Notes under the pieces: generated by a model | Databases searched by the model: none | Seen by the model: only the letters and a program-made list of their open reading frames with translations | Told to the model about the DNA's origin: nothing | Assembly: GCA_030141605.1 (NCBI GenBank) | Contig: JAQGDQ010002379.1 | Location: 1-64,000, forward strand | DNA from: Tubiluchus corallicola | Lineage: Eukaryota; Animalia; Priapulida | Reading direction: 5' to 3' | Length of the DNA: 64,000 bases | Part shown: positions 26,521 through 41,693 of the stretch, piece by piece | Layout: every line of letters starts with the position of its first letter | How positions within the stretch are numbered: position 1 is the stretch's first letter | Translations under genes and position numbers: made by a program

Positions 26521-27222
26521 CAACTGTTGTTGGTCATGAATTTTAGTTTTAGGATGAAATTTGGATTTCTTAGTGTAGGTAGATCTTGATTTAGATTTCT
26601 GTTTGGGACGCACAGTGTGAATTTTACTATCTTCATCACACCTTGCATCGATAGCTTTCATACTATCTTGTGCTATTTCATAATTTTGTCCTATGCCAAT
26701 GGCCATATCTAGGGTGAGTTCGTCTCCTTTATCAAGACATTTTTCTTGTACTATAGATTCTTTGCACCTCAACACAATGGCATCACGTAACATTCTTTCT
26801 TATAGTACACCAAAACCACAGTTTTTAACTATAATTCTTAGTGATGTAACGAAATCATCAAATCTTTCATTCTGTTCTTGCTTTCTATGTGCAAACGCTG
26901 CTGTCACTCTTATTTCATTTCTTTTTGGAGCTATGTACGCGTCAAATTTAGCATAGACACCTTCGAGTGTGTGGTTTTCTGCGGGAATTTGGTTACCGCC
27001 TTCCACTCTTGCTGGTGCAAAATTAAATGTGCAATAGACTTCTCTACCTTTATCTCCGATATACGTCATAAGGTAGTTGACCTTTTCAATCTCTGTCTTC
27101 TGAGACAGTGGTCCGTTAAACGTGAAGCTACAATGCTGTTTAAACCTTTTCCACTCTTTATCCAAATTTTGTGCTCGCCAGTTCATGGACGGTTTATCGT
27201 GGTCGCCCATCTTCAAGCTCAC
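26515..27222 (-). pseudogene. Gypsy gag (in-frame stop at 26800-26802, frameshift near 26520)
   Basis: NLDKEWKRFKQH...YLMTYIGDKGREVY...FAHRKQEQNERFDDFVTSLR..KNCGFG*ERMLRDAIV..., a Mag-type gag signature. Confidence 0.85.
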
Positions 27223-28812
27223 ATAAAGGTTTTTATTTTTAACGTAGGCTTTGTTTCACCTTTTTTTTTAAATTTCCACTTCTGACACCATGTCAGATAT
27301 GCATAAATGATGTGTTTATTATCATAAAGATCTACGAGTAACATGGGTAGCCTTTTAGTACAAGATTCTACATCTATGACTATATGTTACATCTCCCTTT
27401 TTCACAAAGCGATACAATCCTATTGACCTCAAAACGGAATTTAGAATGTCAACTTCTAAGTCTACTACATTAAATACGAAAGTGTATGAATTACAGTACT
27501 TAAGCAAAGCTTCTTCCACAGTTTCACTACATCCCACTTCTGACACCATGTCAGATATGAATAAATGAATAAATGATGTGTTTATTACCATAAAGATCTA
27601 CGTGTAACATGAGTAACTTTTTAGTACAACATTCTACATCTATGACTATATGTTACACGTACTGTACATTGCCAAATAAACACTTTTGCAACAGGCCGCC
27701 GCATAGTAAAACTGCCATTTATTAAACCACTTACTACTGGTTCTATTAAGCGTAACTACTGTAATTAATTGCATTGATACAGTTAATTGTTAAATAATGC
27801 ATATTACATTATTAACTATAAATATTTCGGTTACCAACCCAAGTATCCTGTGTGAGTTCATGGATGAATTCAAAATGTGTGTGTAGTCATCTCACCATTG
27901 CCGCTCTAAGTTTCATATAAACAGGCTTGTTTCAGAAGAAAAAGTTCAGTAGAAATGTGGTGATATGCTGGAATAAGCTGTTCAAATTATGATGAAATGC
28001 AGCAGAGTTTTGTCATTTAGTAAATGACTGTATTGCAATGACTGCTGAAAGTGTATGCTGTTAGCTTTAGTCATGAAAGGAAACGAATGCTTTGAATATT
28101 ATTATTCAAAATGAACCTAAAACTCTGCATTATGACATCATAATGATGTAAAAATATTATTACATTAGTATAATTCCTTTTCGTACAGTGTAACTCGATT
28201 TTTGAACATTTAGCTATACCAGTATATGCATATCAGTGTTTATGCTGCACTGTTTCTTTTGAGACACCCTGTGTTATTCATAACCGGTGCAAGTTTGTGC
28301 TAATATCGGTAATCCTTTGTAATCTTAGTGCGTGCACATGCTTTTCACAATTTATGTTACTTAACTCTTTACGATTTTTTGCGCACTTTTATACTTTAGC
28401 CTCGTTGATTGGGAAAAAGCCTCATGATTGGCCTTTGCTCTTCTCATCAGGCTGTAATAAGTTAAAGAGATTTATGTCTTTTAATCCTTTCCAAGAAATT
28501 GTTATGTGACTAAATGGGTTACTGATTTGACTCAAGCATTTGCATGCACTTGTAGCTTTATTTATATACGTATTGTTTGACGAAGATATTGAGGATTGTT
28601 AAATATATTGAGCAGGGTATTTTATGTTAAATTATAATAGTGAAAAGTGGTATTTCTGTGATAAGTGACAATGGTAAAGGTATGACCAAATGCGTACATA
28701 AAGTGTGATGATGTATATATATATGCAACAGTTTGTATTCAAATGTGCAAGAAGTTTCATGTGTATGTAATGCACAATTAATGGTCTGGATTCACCTGAA
28801 AGTGATCGCTAT

Positions 28813-28908
28813 TATATCATATCATATTATATCATATCATATCATATCATATCATATCATATTATATCATATCATATCATATCATATTATATCATATCAT
28901 ATCATATT
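28813..28908. repeat. (ATATC)n pentanucleotide repeat
   Basis: Direct reading. Confidence 0.95.
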
Positions 28909-28919
28909 CATTTGGTCTT

Positions 28920-29450
28920 AGATGTTAGGCATCTGTGCCTGTTGACCGTTCATAACAGTCAGCACATTTAAAAATTTCGAGGTGGCACAGCCTCAGATCT
29001 GTATCGGTAGTTCAGTCATATATTGCCTAGTTTGTTTTTAAAAGAGATTGCGGAGTTTTCAAAGACAACATTCTCGGGGAGGTTGTTCCAACGATCTACA
29101 ACCCTCAAGCTGAAGAAGTTGTGTCGTGTAGCAGTGCGACTATACATTTTCTTTAATTTGAATGAATGTCCCCTAGCTCTGGTCTGATAATCTCTTTACA
29201 GCATGCATACTGTACATTCCATGTGTAAACTTGTAAACTATCATATCATCTCCGACCTGAGGTGTACCCCATGCTAAGCACCTCTAAAACCTTCAGACAC
29301 TCCTCATAAGGCTGTTTCTTTTGCTCTGGGACCACCCTGGTTGTTCCATGAAGAAATCCCTTAACCTCTGCCAAGTCTTTAACAAACATGGCCGTTCATG
29401 CTCTTATACCATACTCAAGGTGTGATTGAGTATTGATCATAAAGATAGGA
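28920..29450 (-). mobile_element. CR1-group LINE 3' fragment
   Basis: Minus-strand translation includes RARGHSFKLKK...RHNFFSLRVVDRWNNLPENVV. Confidence 0.75.
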
Positions 29451-29799
29451 ATTAGCCCCTGCTGCCTACGTTTTCGTGAGTTTTCAAGTTTCTGGTGACC
29501 ACTTTTGAATGACGTAAATTGACAGCTGGCTCTTTGGGTCAATTGGCATCCCAGGGGGTGATTCTGTGGTCACTACAGAACCTGTGCCCAGTAACAGTAC
29601 TTTCATTTAAGTGTTTTCACAGACAGAAGAAGCGTATCTGCTATTCGGCATGTAGTTGCAATTCGTTCACTGAAATGTGCTGCGTGGTCCTGTTATTAGT
29701 TCAAATAAACAATTCAGCTCATAATAATTGAACATTTTACAATAATAAATGACCTTGAACATCAACAATATGGGACATCTTAAAATGTTATACGTATTT

Positions 29800-30300
29800 C
29801 CTCTCTTCCGCCTATTTCCCTCTTCCATTAAAATCACTGTTAGGCTGCACAGCACTGCATATAGCCCTATGTAGGCATGAATTTAGTCCCAGATGACCCG
29901 TATGCATGCGTTTTATCGTCTCTGGTTGTATCTTTACGCCATTCCTGGACCTCGAAGTATAATTCCATCCTGTACAGCAAGCTGACATCTGTACGAAAAG
30001 TACGTGCAATTTGCTGTCGGTAAGCATGACTTTTGATTTGGCCAGCCAGTATTTTGTCACTTCTATCATTTCAGAATCTTTTGCTGAAGCTTCTCTAATT
30101 TGCATCAACCAGTCATCTTTCATGGGCTTGTCTGTCAAATTGTTCACTGACACAATTTCGCATGTGGGCTTTGCCCGTGGTGCGCTTGATAATCATGTAA
30201 GGAATTTGACCTCTAGGCAAGTGCTCAAACTCCACATGGTAGTCTTGTGGATTTTTTGGATTTTTTAACTTCAAAAGGGCCCTTACAGATATGATTGTTG
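29800..30300 (-). mobile_element. highly decayed second Gypsy pol remnant (RNase H/integrase junction)
   Basis: DDWLMQIREASAKDSEM...KRMHTGHLGLNSCLHRA, homologous to the HxxHxG integrase N-terminus. Multiple frameshifts. Confidence 0.6.
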
Positions 30301-31307
30301 ATACAAAAATATAAAAGTATCATATGTCTAATGACTTCCAGTACAATGCAGAATGGATATGTGTATACACGATATTGCTGAGTACATATATATATATACA
30401 TAAGTTAAGTACTTTATTACAAACAGCTGTAAATGAGATACTTCTAGAACAATACACGAAAATTACATATTTCAGATCGTTATTTGCAAAGATTATATGG
30501 CTGCTTAATTGAGTTTATAATTCATAGGTCAGAGTCTCGGGTTCGGACTGATTAATTTTTCTGTATTGATACTACTGCTGCTACTTGACGAAGCTAACAG
30601 TCTAGGTTCCCTATGCTTGCCAGTGCATCTTGCATTACCATGCTTCACCTCTGCATATTTAGCTACACCTGTTTCACTCCACTTATTATGTCTTCCTTTC
30701 TTTCTTGTACTGATCTGCTTCTGCTCCTAATCTTTCCAAGAGGTCCTGCCTCTGCATTCTCACATCTCTCTCATCTTGGTTTACCTTGTCGTGCTTTCCC
30801 TAAGTCCGTCTTTCCTGATTGACTCACGCTCCTTCTTAGTGTGTGTGGTCTCTTTTCTCGTTCTTCCATTCACCTGCTCTTGCTTCATTTTATTTTTCTG
30901 CTATGCATTCTCTTTCCCTCGATCACTCTTTTCAGAAGAGGAATTTTAGTAAGATGCTCTTTATAAAACTGCTCAGAACACTCCGAGGGCCCTCTGCACG
31001 TTTGCGGGTGTCCATACACAAAAATGTATAAGTATGTATACTGGTAATGCAATTTTGGCTTATCTTGGTCATGGAAAATCAATATTTGGTCAGGGAAATT
31101 TATTTTAAAATTCTGTGGTAACCCCAAATTCTTCAAAAGTTTAAATTTTAGAAGAACTGTAGATTCCTAGCACTTGTCTTCAACGTCTAAAGGAATTCTT
31201 CGAAGCTCCAGAACACCACTTGGCATCAATATGTTCAACTGGGATTCAGATATTTAGCTTAGACTTACATTACTAATGAAAAACTTCTGTTTTAAATATT
31301 GTATTAA

Positions 31308-33466
<2,159 letters not shown>

Positions 33467-36224
33467 TTTTGAAATTAAAATACTTAGGTAAATCTTTTGG
33501 AAAGTAAGAGTGGTGCGACGTTTGAAAAGCGTGTATCTCACTCACTAAGTTTACTTGAAACTGTTACATCATAAGAGAGTTGTTGCCGTGGTTTCAGTGA
33601 CATCATTCGGGTGACGTCACTCGCTTTGTTTTGGGGTTGATTATTGAATAATTGAACACTAATACCAATTACATGTAGTTTATTGCTAGTTTGCGGGCCA
33701 TCATTTTTTATACATATTGCCCAAACAAGGATCATTGCCCAAAATATGCTACTGTTACTAAGTGTTACAGTTAAAAAGTGAAATTATGAACATATCTAGA
33801 AAAATAAATACTTGTACGTAATTTGCTAGTTTTATCTGCAAGTATCTATAACATTCTAAGTACATGTTGAGAATTAATACAATAAAAGACATTTAAAAAT
33901 CTTGAAAAATGCTTTTAAAACATGTGTTTTTATAATTACTTGTGCAAACTGACAACAGTTTGCCTTTCACGCAGATTGCAGACTGCTCAAAACGATTAAT
34001 GTCACCCAAGATGTTTTGTTGTACTGCTGTGACACTCTAGGGCTTAACTGTTTTTTAGCTGGACTTGTCTGACAATCCGCCAATCAGAACGAGCACGTGA
34101 GCTAATCTGTATGCACAGTGGGTCGGCCTTGAACTTTATTTCTCTCCAATCAGATAAGCGGAAATTCGCAAGTTGACAAAGTGAGTTTACTAGTATGTAT
34201 AATTTAACTGGGTGGAGCTTTCTGTGTTTCAGTCACAACAATTGCAATGAACAATGCATTGTTAAAATCATTAAAATTTTATCGTAAAGCGGGACTTTTT
34301 CCAGTATGCAAAAAAAGCTACATAGTAAATGCCCCACGAGTGCAAAATTAAAGTTTACCTTGAAATTCAGTCCAATGGAATGGTCCAACTGCTTGAAATG
34401 CCATTCTAATGGTACTCTTGCTACCATCATAACATCTTCTAATGTCTATAACAGAAAACAAATAACGTTTGTGGTGCTACTGGTTTATTCCATGGCTACA
34501 AGTGCTAAGATATAATATGTTGTGCAAAAAAGTGTGCACATGGCACAGACAAACACACTGATCATTGTCCCAAAACTGAAAGCAAAAACAATCTTTCAGT
34601 GTCATTTAATGATCATTAAAAATTAATAGTAGGGATATAAACCAAGGAAAAATTATACTGGTAACGTATCAAATGCTTCGAAACAGGCAACACATCTGTG
34701 GAAGTTGTAACTGTATATATTTTGGTGCTGCCATGTATTGACTAATCACTTTACATTTTACTAGCCAAACTCACCCCTAGTATAATTGTTCGGTCCAGTG
34801 AATATGCATACCACACCCCCAACAATATTTGTGAAGCCAAGTCAACACCAAAGATTCAGATGACCTTTCTCTTCCAGTCTATTGCATACATATAGCAAGT
34901 ATGACCTGAATACATCCAATAGTCTTGAAGGTTTATGTTCATATGTGTGGAAGAAAGAAAAAAGGGTGAAAAGGATGGTAGAATGATGCTTATTTCTAAG
35001 CCCTCTTATTTCTAATGCATATACTACTGCCTGGGAAGAGTAATAACACAAACATTGTACCTGCAACTCATAATATTAGCAGGGCCATATCAACACTTTG
35101 CGAGCCTTAACCAGCTGGCAGCTCAAAACACTGCAGTACCGCTCCCCTCCCCCGAATATCGTTCAGAAGTATATGGTTGAACGTGTCATACGTCCAACAC
35201 AAGGCAGAACGCAATATCCGTGTAGTTCTATAAGGAGTTGAGTTCACTACTGAAATGCTGATTAGTACGTGCTGCCTTTCAAAACAAAACTCCAAAAATA
35301 CACAAAGAACCTTTGATATGATCAGTTTTCTTTTCACATTTCGAATATCAACCCAGGACTCTTTATAATTCGAGTATTAACCCAAGACAACAATTTAGAC
35401 AAGGAGTACCTTCCAAAATATAATAAAGTAAAGTTTAAAGTAATAGGTACTATGTAATACATTGACCCAGGAATTTATTCATTGGTAAACTAGTAAGGCT
35501 TTCGTGAGAGCGGCCAAGCATGACATTAAACTGGTGCAGTTCAGTTACGGTTTTGTGTTACCGAATCCTGAACCGAAATGATCTGGTCTCTCTATTCAAT
35601 CGTAAAGTTACTGATGAGCAAATTGACCACCAGTCCTTTGGGCAGAATGGCTTCCTAATCAAATGAATTTTAGTCATTTCAGAGCCATCACGCAATAACT
35701 CTTCTTCCATTTGAGTTTTTGGAGGCGGAAGAAGCGTGCGTGCTGCTCTGAATCAAACTGAAGTGGTGATACTTGCCGCATTGTTCTTTGTGTTGCAAAA
35801 TGTTGTGCATTCAAAAACCTGTGCTTCATTTCCCGTCCTGTAGTACGATACTAAACTAATACCGCCGCTTTCATAGTGCAATAATAAGTTAATGCAACCG
35901 CTTGACTAGTGTTGCGATGAAATTTCCACAGAGGTATAGCTTCCAAAAATTGTCACTTCTAATTTTCACGAACAGCGACCAAAAATGTGAATACGCATGG
36001 CGTATGTGAACCAGTCAATACGCATGACGCATTACGCTCACATGGAATCCTTAGCTTAAGATTATTTTAGTAGTGTTTGGCCACTTATTGTGGAAATGTG
36101 TCTATCCGTTACAGGGCAAAACACAACAATAAAATGAAAAACGTAACAGCGTGCACTGTTAGTCAATATGAAAACGGTCTAATCACACATTCGCTGGACA
36201 AACCGCTATTTGCATAGCTGATAT

Positions 36225-36838
36225 CACGCCACTCAAAGGGTTTTAGTGTAAAACGGCACGCCACTCAAAGGGTTTTAGTGTAAAACGGCACGCCACTCAA
36301 AGGGTTTTAGTGTAAAACGGCACGCCACTCAAAAGGGTTTTAGTGTAAAACGGCACGCCACTCAAAGGGTTTTAGTGTAAAACGGCACGCCACTCAAAGG
36401 GTTTTAGTGTAAAATGGCACGCCACTCAAAAGGGTTTTAGTGTAAAACGGCACGCCACTCAAAGGGTTTTAGTGTAAAACGGCACGCTACTCAAAGGGTT
36501 TTAGTGTAAAACGGCACGCCACTCAAAGGGTTTTAGTGTAAAATGGCACGCCACTCAAAAGGGTTTTAGTGTAAAACGGCACGCCACTCAAAGGGTTTTA
36601 GTGTAAAACGGCACGCCACTCAAAGGGTTTTAGTGTAAAACGGCACGCCACTCAAAGGGTTTTAGTGTAAAACGGCACGCCACTCAAAAGGGTTTTAGTG
36701 TAAAATGGCACGCCACTCAAAAGGGTTTTAGTGTAAAACGGCACGCTACTCAAAGGGTTTTAGTGTAAAATGGCACGCCACTCAAAAGGGTTTTAGTGTA
36801 AAACGGCACGCTACTCAAAGGGTTTTAGTGTAAAACGG
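36225..36838. repeat. 32/33-bp minisatellite, ~19 copies
   Basis: Unit cacgccactcaaagggttttagtgtaaaacgg, head-to-tail with no spacers. Confidence 0.95.
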
Positions 36839-37087
36839 TGTCAAAACCTTAACTATTTGCAGGCAGGTTTCAAAACAGTTTGATGATGAAAGCGTTTTCG
36901 TGAAAATTTGTCAATTTGCTGTTTACATGAAAATGGCATTTATTGAAGTTCTTAAAGTTGTTATATGTTTTATGCATAAAAATCTTTATTTTGTTACTTG
37001 CTGTGGTGTTGTATGTCATGCGACCTAACCTTAGGACCCAAATTGTTATAATATGAAATTATATACTATATATGGTGGTGTTGGTGG

Positions 37088-37107
37088 TGGTGGTAATGGT
37101 GGTACAT

Positions 37108-37168
<61 letters not shown>

Positions 37169-37231
37169 CAGTAGCAGTAGCAGTAGCAGTAGCAGTAGCA
37201 GTAGCAGTAGCAGCAGCAGCAGCAGCAGCAG
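37088..37231. repeat. compound (TAG)n/(CAGTAG)n/(CAG)n microsatellite
   Basis: Direct reading. Confidence 0.95.
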
Positions 37232-37683
37232 TGGTAGTCTAACTCGTTTTTTATATGTTACTAGGCAGAGACCTATATAATATTATTTCTCTGTTCCCTA
37301 CGTGACTAAGCTAATCGTTGAACACATTAGCTTTAGCAATTACGGTGATGCCCTACATGAATCCACTGCGCATGCAGGCTGCACACATTTGCATCGAGAT
37401 TATTTAACTGCGTGCTCATCTTTCTTAATAAAAGTGACATAGAGACGTTACATTTTCCTGTTCCCATCGTTGTTACACTTTGACGAAACCAATTAAATGT
37501 GTCACGTGATGTTTACCTACTTTGAATGCAACTGACCGTCATTATATTTTGACGTCTAAGTGACTGAGAATCAACAACGGACAAGATGGATGGAACTTGA
37601 TGAAAAAACAAGAAGGCTGTCATGATTTGCAACAACTGTTCTAGTTCGTGTCACGTAATTATCGGTAAGTGACATTGTGGAAC

Positions 37684-37919
37684 GGTGCGTTCAGATGTTG
37701 AGACTTCTCTCGCAACTTGTTGTGCAACTTCTCTCCGAGGGTAAAGTGGCAGGGGTAAAGTGTGAACGGCTTGTGAACAAGTAGCCAGAGAAGTTGCCAA
37801 ACCGTTCAGACGTGCAACAAGTTGCCAGAAACGTTGCCAAGCCGTTCACACGTTGCAATTTTACCCCCAGAGAGAAGTTGCACAACAAGTTGCGAGAAGT
37901 CTCTACGTCGGAATGCGCC
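37684..37919. mobile_element. small foldback MITE with ~60-bp imperfect TIRs
   Basis: ggtgcgttcagatgttgagacttctctcgcaacttgttgtgcaacttctctc pairs with gagagaagttgcacaacaagttgcgagaagtctctacgtcggaatgcgcc. TSD not resolved. Confidence 0.7.
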
Positions 37920-38804
37920 ATAAGTAACCTAGTATTTAGCCTCGCATTATAAAATTACGAAATCTTATGTCGCCTAGTAAAGCAAAGTAAAAATAAAACA
38001 AAGCAAAGTTAAATAAATTTGAGAAAACTCTCAAAGTCTGGATAAGGCAGACAAAGGCGAAATTGCAAAATGGAACTTGATACTAACAAGTGAAAGAATA
38101 ATGTTCAAGTAATGGATATTAGCCAGTTTCTAAAGTTAAGGGAAGCAAGCACATAAAAAAAGACACTGTGACAGGGGGGCGTAGCCAGGTTCTAAGGGGA
38201 GCAAGCGCATAAATAGGCGTGATGACACATACCAAACAATTTTCAACGCATTGATTAGATATTTTAATTTTGTGTTTAAAATCAAAACACGAGAAAAGTA
38301 CAGTTTTAAAGGAACTACATAATTGTTATTTTGTATTTAAATTTAAAACGCAATAAAAAGTGTTACAGTGTGATCATAAATCTGAAAACATAATAAAGAA
38401 AATGAAAACAAAATGAATCAGCCGTCTTTGACAAATGAGTTGCGTAAATGCATGCTTAATTCAAAAACCTGGTATACAGGTTTGTCAAATAGAGTAATGA
38501 TTCTAGAAAATTCTTCCAAGGTCATAGATTAAAAAATAATAAAGGAAATATTCCACTTTTATTGCACTAAACTAAAGAGTTAAGAAATTGCTGAAAATGT
38601 GCCTATTCTGTAAACAGATGCTTCGGTGGTGCAGTTGCTATCATAATGCTGAGCTGCATGGCACACTTCGTTTTTAGCTGCACGTGTTCTAGCATCATTA
38701 GATAAGAAAACTGTTAGAAATCAGCCAACAAGCAGCAATTATTGATGACCTTGAAAAGGGTAAATGATTGGAGATAGAAGGCTTAGTACAATATCTGTTG
38801 CTTT

Positions 38805-40187
38805 TCACATGAACTTCTTGTAAGCAAGCTCGCTAATAAGTGTAAACAATGCTACACCGATTCCAGATACCATCCCCCAAAAAACTACATTAAGTTGCTC
38901 CACATTAATTGATAACGTGCCTACATGCTGAACAGGTGGGTCTAAGCATTTTTCCGAAGGTTGCAGTAATTGTTGTAGCAGTTTGTCCACAAGACCGTGG
39001 TCTTTTAATGTAGCAAGAGCAGAATTTAGGGCTTCTGTGTAGTTACTTTTCTTTGGTACAACTAATGCTAATGGTGACGATAATTTCAAAAACGGGGAAA
39101 CAGAAAATCTGCATTTTCCATGTAATTCATAATCCTTAATTAAGAACAACTTTGCATAAGTCTCTTCTTCGAAGAAGGTGTATTTTTCAGTAGCTGTCAG
39201 CTCTAATGCTGTTTCTTCCTTGTCAGCAGGTACATTAGGATCCGCTTTCATTCTCTGCCACAGTTTTCTAAATTCTGGTCTGTTTTTCATTTGCATGGTG
39301 GGGCCATACTGACCTACTGTAACAGGGATTATGTCACTGTCTATCAACTCTTGCAATGTAGAGAATGGATAAACTTGCTTGCTTACAAATAATTTACTAA
39401 CCAGTGTGCACGTGTACATGGCTGTGATGATGCAAGCAAAAATCCACCACCATCCGATGAGCATCCTAGCGGATAAACATTCTGGTAAATATGTTCCACC
39501 TTGTTGGAGGTACGACGATAGTGTGAACCGAGTAAAGTACGCCTTACTTTCATTGTTTATCACTGGTTTTTCCAGTTTTCTTTGGCAGTTGCTCCATTTT
39601 ATAATCTCTTCCTCGCTGTGTGGCAGGTTTTTGCTGTAGTCAATATAGTAAAGTATTGTACCCACTACTATGCCATATAATACCAGAAGCAGCCACACGA
39701 GTGTGGTGAATGGGTCTATTATATTGAAACCTTGTAATTGATGTCTTTTTGTGATAAACACATGAGAATTATAAACAAGTGGGTGAAGAAACGTCATGCT
39801 TTTTGCTCTTTCTGGTAACATTGTGGATAATCCCAAAAACAAGTCGAATTCTCCTGTATCAATTACATTTTTTAGAGTTTGCAAATGTTTGATGTATGTC
39901 ACCTTGTACGTAAAGTTTGCTGCTTGGCTGAGCATCCGAAGCAGTTGATCTAGATATGGATTCATCGGATCGTCACTCCATGCTCCCACTCGAAGCATCT
40001 CTCCGTGGAGTAAAAAACCCTGTGTTCTGGGGTTTTTGCCATAAAACGCATTTAAATTGTACTGGTTATACGAGCTGTTGCAATTTTCAGTCCTTGTTTT
40101 AGTTTTACACAACGTTCCTTTGATGCAAAAACATTCAAGGAAATAAAAAACAATGGCGCACGTTTTGAGAAATGATGCAAATGTCAT
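38805..40187 (-). CDS. intronless divergent ionotropic receptor (IR / variant iGluR), ~460 aa
   Basis: ATG at 40187 with a signal-peptide-like start. S1 lobe (FDLFLG...ERAKSMTFLHP), M1 (PFTTLVWLL), pore loop (YLQQG), M3-type SARMLIGWWWIFACIITAMYTCTLVS, S2 lobe, M4 (QLNVVFWGMVSGIGVALF..E). No amino-terminal domain. Confidence 0.88.
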   Translation of the reverse strand: MTFASFLKTCAIVFYFLECFCIKGTLCKTKTRTENCNSSYNQYNLNAFYGKNPRTQGFLLHGEMLRVGAWSDDPMNPYLDQLLRMLSQAANFTYKVTYIKHLQTLKNVIDTGEFDLFLGLSTMLPERAKSMTFLHPLVYNSHVFITKRHQLQGFNIIDPFTTLVWLLLVLYGIVVGTILYYIDYSKNLPHSEEEIIKWSNCQRKLEKPVINNESKAYFTRFTLSSYLQQGGTYLPECLSARMLIGWWWIFACIITAMYTCTLVSKLFVSKQVYPFSTLQELIDSDIIPVTVGQYGPTMQMKNRPEFRKLWQRMKADPNVPADKEETALELTATEKYTFFEEETYAKLFLIKDYELHGKCRFSVSPFLKLSSPLALVVPKKSNYTEALNSALATLKDHGLVDKLLQQLLQPSEKCLDPPVQHVGTLSINVEQLNVVFWGMVSGIGVALFTLISELAYKKFM

Positions 40188-40743
40188 TTTTGCTCTGGAA
40201 GTTTGAATAATAAACTTTAGCTGATTCACATTATACAGTCATAATACGCCTATCCAGGGAGGATGACGATGAAAATGTTTTCAGCTGACCACTTTTATAC
40301 CACAATGCCAATGTGTTACATGTACTTTGTCATATATTTGCATTAATCACAATAGTGTGTGCACTAATTCACCAGGTGTGAATCTACATGTTAGTTTTGT
40401 CTGCCACATCTTTCTGGTGTTTAATTAGACTTCTCGTCCTGTTGCCACCTGTGTTAATATTACCACCTAGCTAATGTTACCTCAACACCTAAAATAATAA
40501 CGTATTGAAAAGCAGAATTCTGCAGAACTTACACCGAAAACGTTATTGGCTGTGCATTTGTTTGCTAGGTATCAAAAGATTTGGCTTTTGCATGCGGCAC
40601 TGGAGCTAGCGGATGCGGAAACTGCACAAGAGCAAATATACTACACTTAACCCTGAACGCGAGATGCAAACTGTACATTAAAAACGAAAAGTAACATGTG
40701 ATTAGTGTCTGCTATGTTGATCAAGTCCAGCTTGAGAATGAAG

Positions 40744-41013
40744 GATTAGATTGGATTAGACTAGATTAGATTAGATTAGATTAGATTGGATTGGATTGGA
40801 TTGGATTGGATTGGATTAGATTAGATTAGATTAGATTAGATTAGATTAGATTAGAATAGATTAGATTAGATTAGATTAGATTAGATTAGATTAGATTAGA
40901 TTAGATTAGATTAGATTAGATTAGATTAGATTAGATTAGATTAGATTAGATTAGATTAGATTAGATTAGATTAGATTAGATTAGACTAGACTAGACTAGA
41001 CTAGACTGGATTA
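40744..41013. repeat. (GATTA)n pentanucleotide repeat
   Basis: Direct reading, with GATTG/GACTA variants. Confidence 0.96.
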
Positions 41014-41107
41014 GAAAGAACAAAAATGCAAAAGTGTAGAACAAAGTAGAATAATAAAGATTAGAACAAAATGCAATAAGAGAGGAAATGGGAGGGGAAG
41101 AGAGGAG

Positions 41108-41693
41108 TTGAATCAGATTTTGTATCATTTATGTCTGCATCCATTAATAAACGAAGCCGCTCACTTTTCAGCAGAGTCAAAATCATGCTTAGATCTTATC
41201 ATTACAAATATTCCCAACTGGTTTGCTGGGACGTTTGTACAGACAGCGACTGCCGATGCATACAGACACTGTCCTATATTGAGCCATGTGAAATTTATAT
41301 ATATATATATATATATTAAGTAAAAAGGTATGTGAGGAAAGTTTAGAAGTATGAAAATGTTGATACTTCATATTTTTCAAATCAATTATCAAGTGTAATC
41401 TGGATGCTTTAATAACTCTCAATGTAAACCAAACATTCAAGTTAATTATAGATGCATTTACAAACTGTGTTGTGGATCTATCCCAAATCAAACAGTAATG
41501 ATTCATCGCGGAAACGATCCTTGGATGAATCCCAACATAAGAACACAAAAGCATCATATAATAAATATAAGGAAAGCTCCTAACACTCCACATTGGGATC
41601 AAAATTGTAAGAAATGTCAGGTTAGGATGTGGAATTAACAGACGCAGAATCATCTTTTTACGGATTTTCAAAATTACAGCTCGGACGACGGCA
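41108..41693 (+). mobile_element. decayed LINE ORF2 fragment (end of endonuclease and linker) directly abutting the palindrome
   Basis: LHPLINEAAHFSAESKSCLDLIITN... (APE endonuclease end) and NDPWMNPNIR (linker PW motif), frameshifted. Confidence 0.6.

Larger units (their letters stand above)
23877..27657 (-). mobile_element. Ty3/Gypsy LTR retrotransposon (Mag-like), decayed, three-LTR structure
   Basis: TG...CA LTRs of ~100-110 bp at 23877-23984, 27291-27391 and 27549-27657. tRNA-Leu PBS TGGTGTCAGAAGTGG(GAT) at 27276-27290 and 27531-27548. PPTs at 23985-23995 and 27392-27402. 5-bp TSD cgtgc/cgtac (1 mismatch). Confidence 0.92.

Noticed and set aside
36225-36838. 32-bp repeat array resembling a CRISPR array in unit length
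   Set aside because: Units are head-to-tail with no unique spacers, there are no cas genes, and the context is eukaryotic. It is a minisatellite. The same applies to the 53-bp and 36-bp arrays.
37595-37670. Candidate first exon of the RhoGEF gene (MICNNCSSSCHVII|gtaagt)
   Set aside because: No homology support, and its phase-1 donor does not match the phase-0 acceptor at 46892.
40744-41013. Possible interstitial telomeric repeat
   Set aside because: The unit is TTAGA/TTGGA, not TTAGG or TTAGGG. Treated as an ordinary pentanucleotide repeat.
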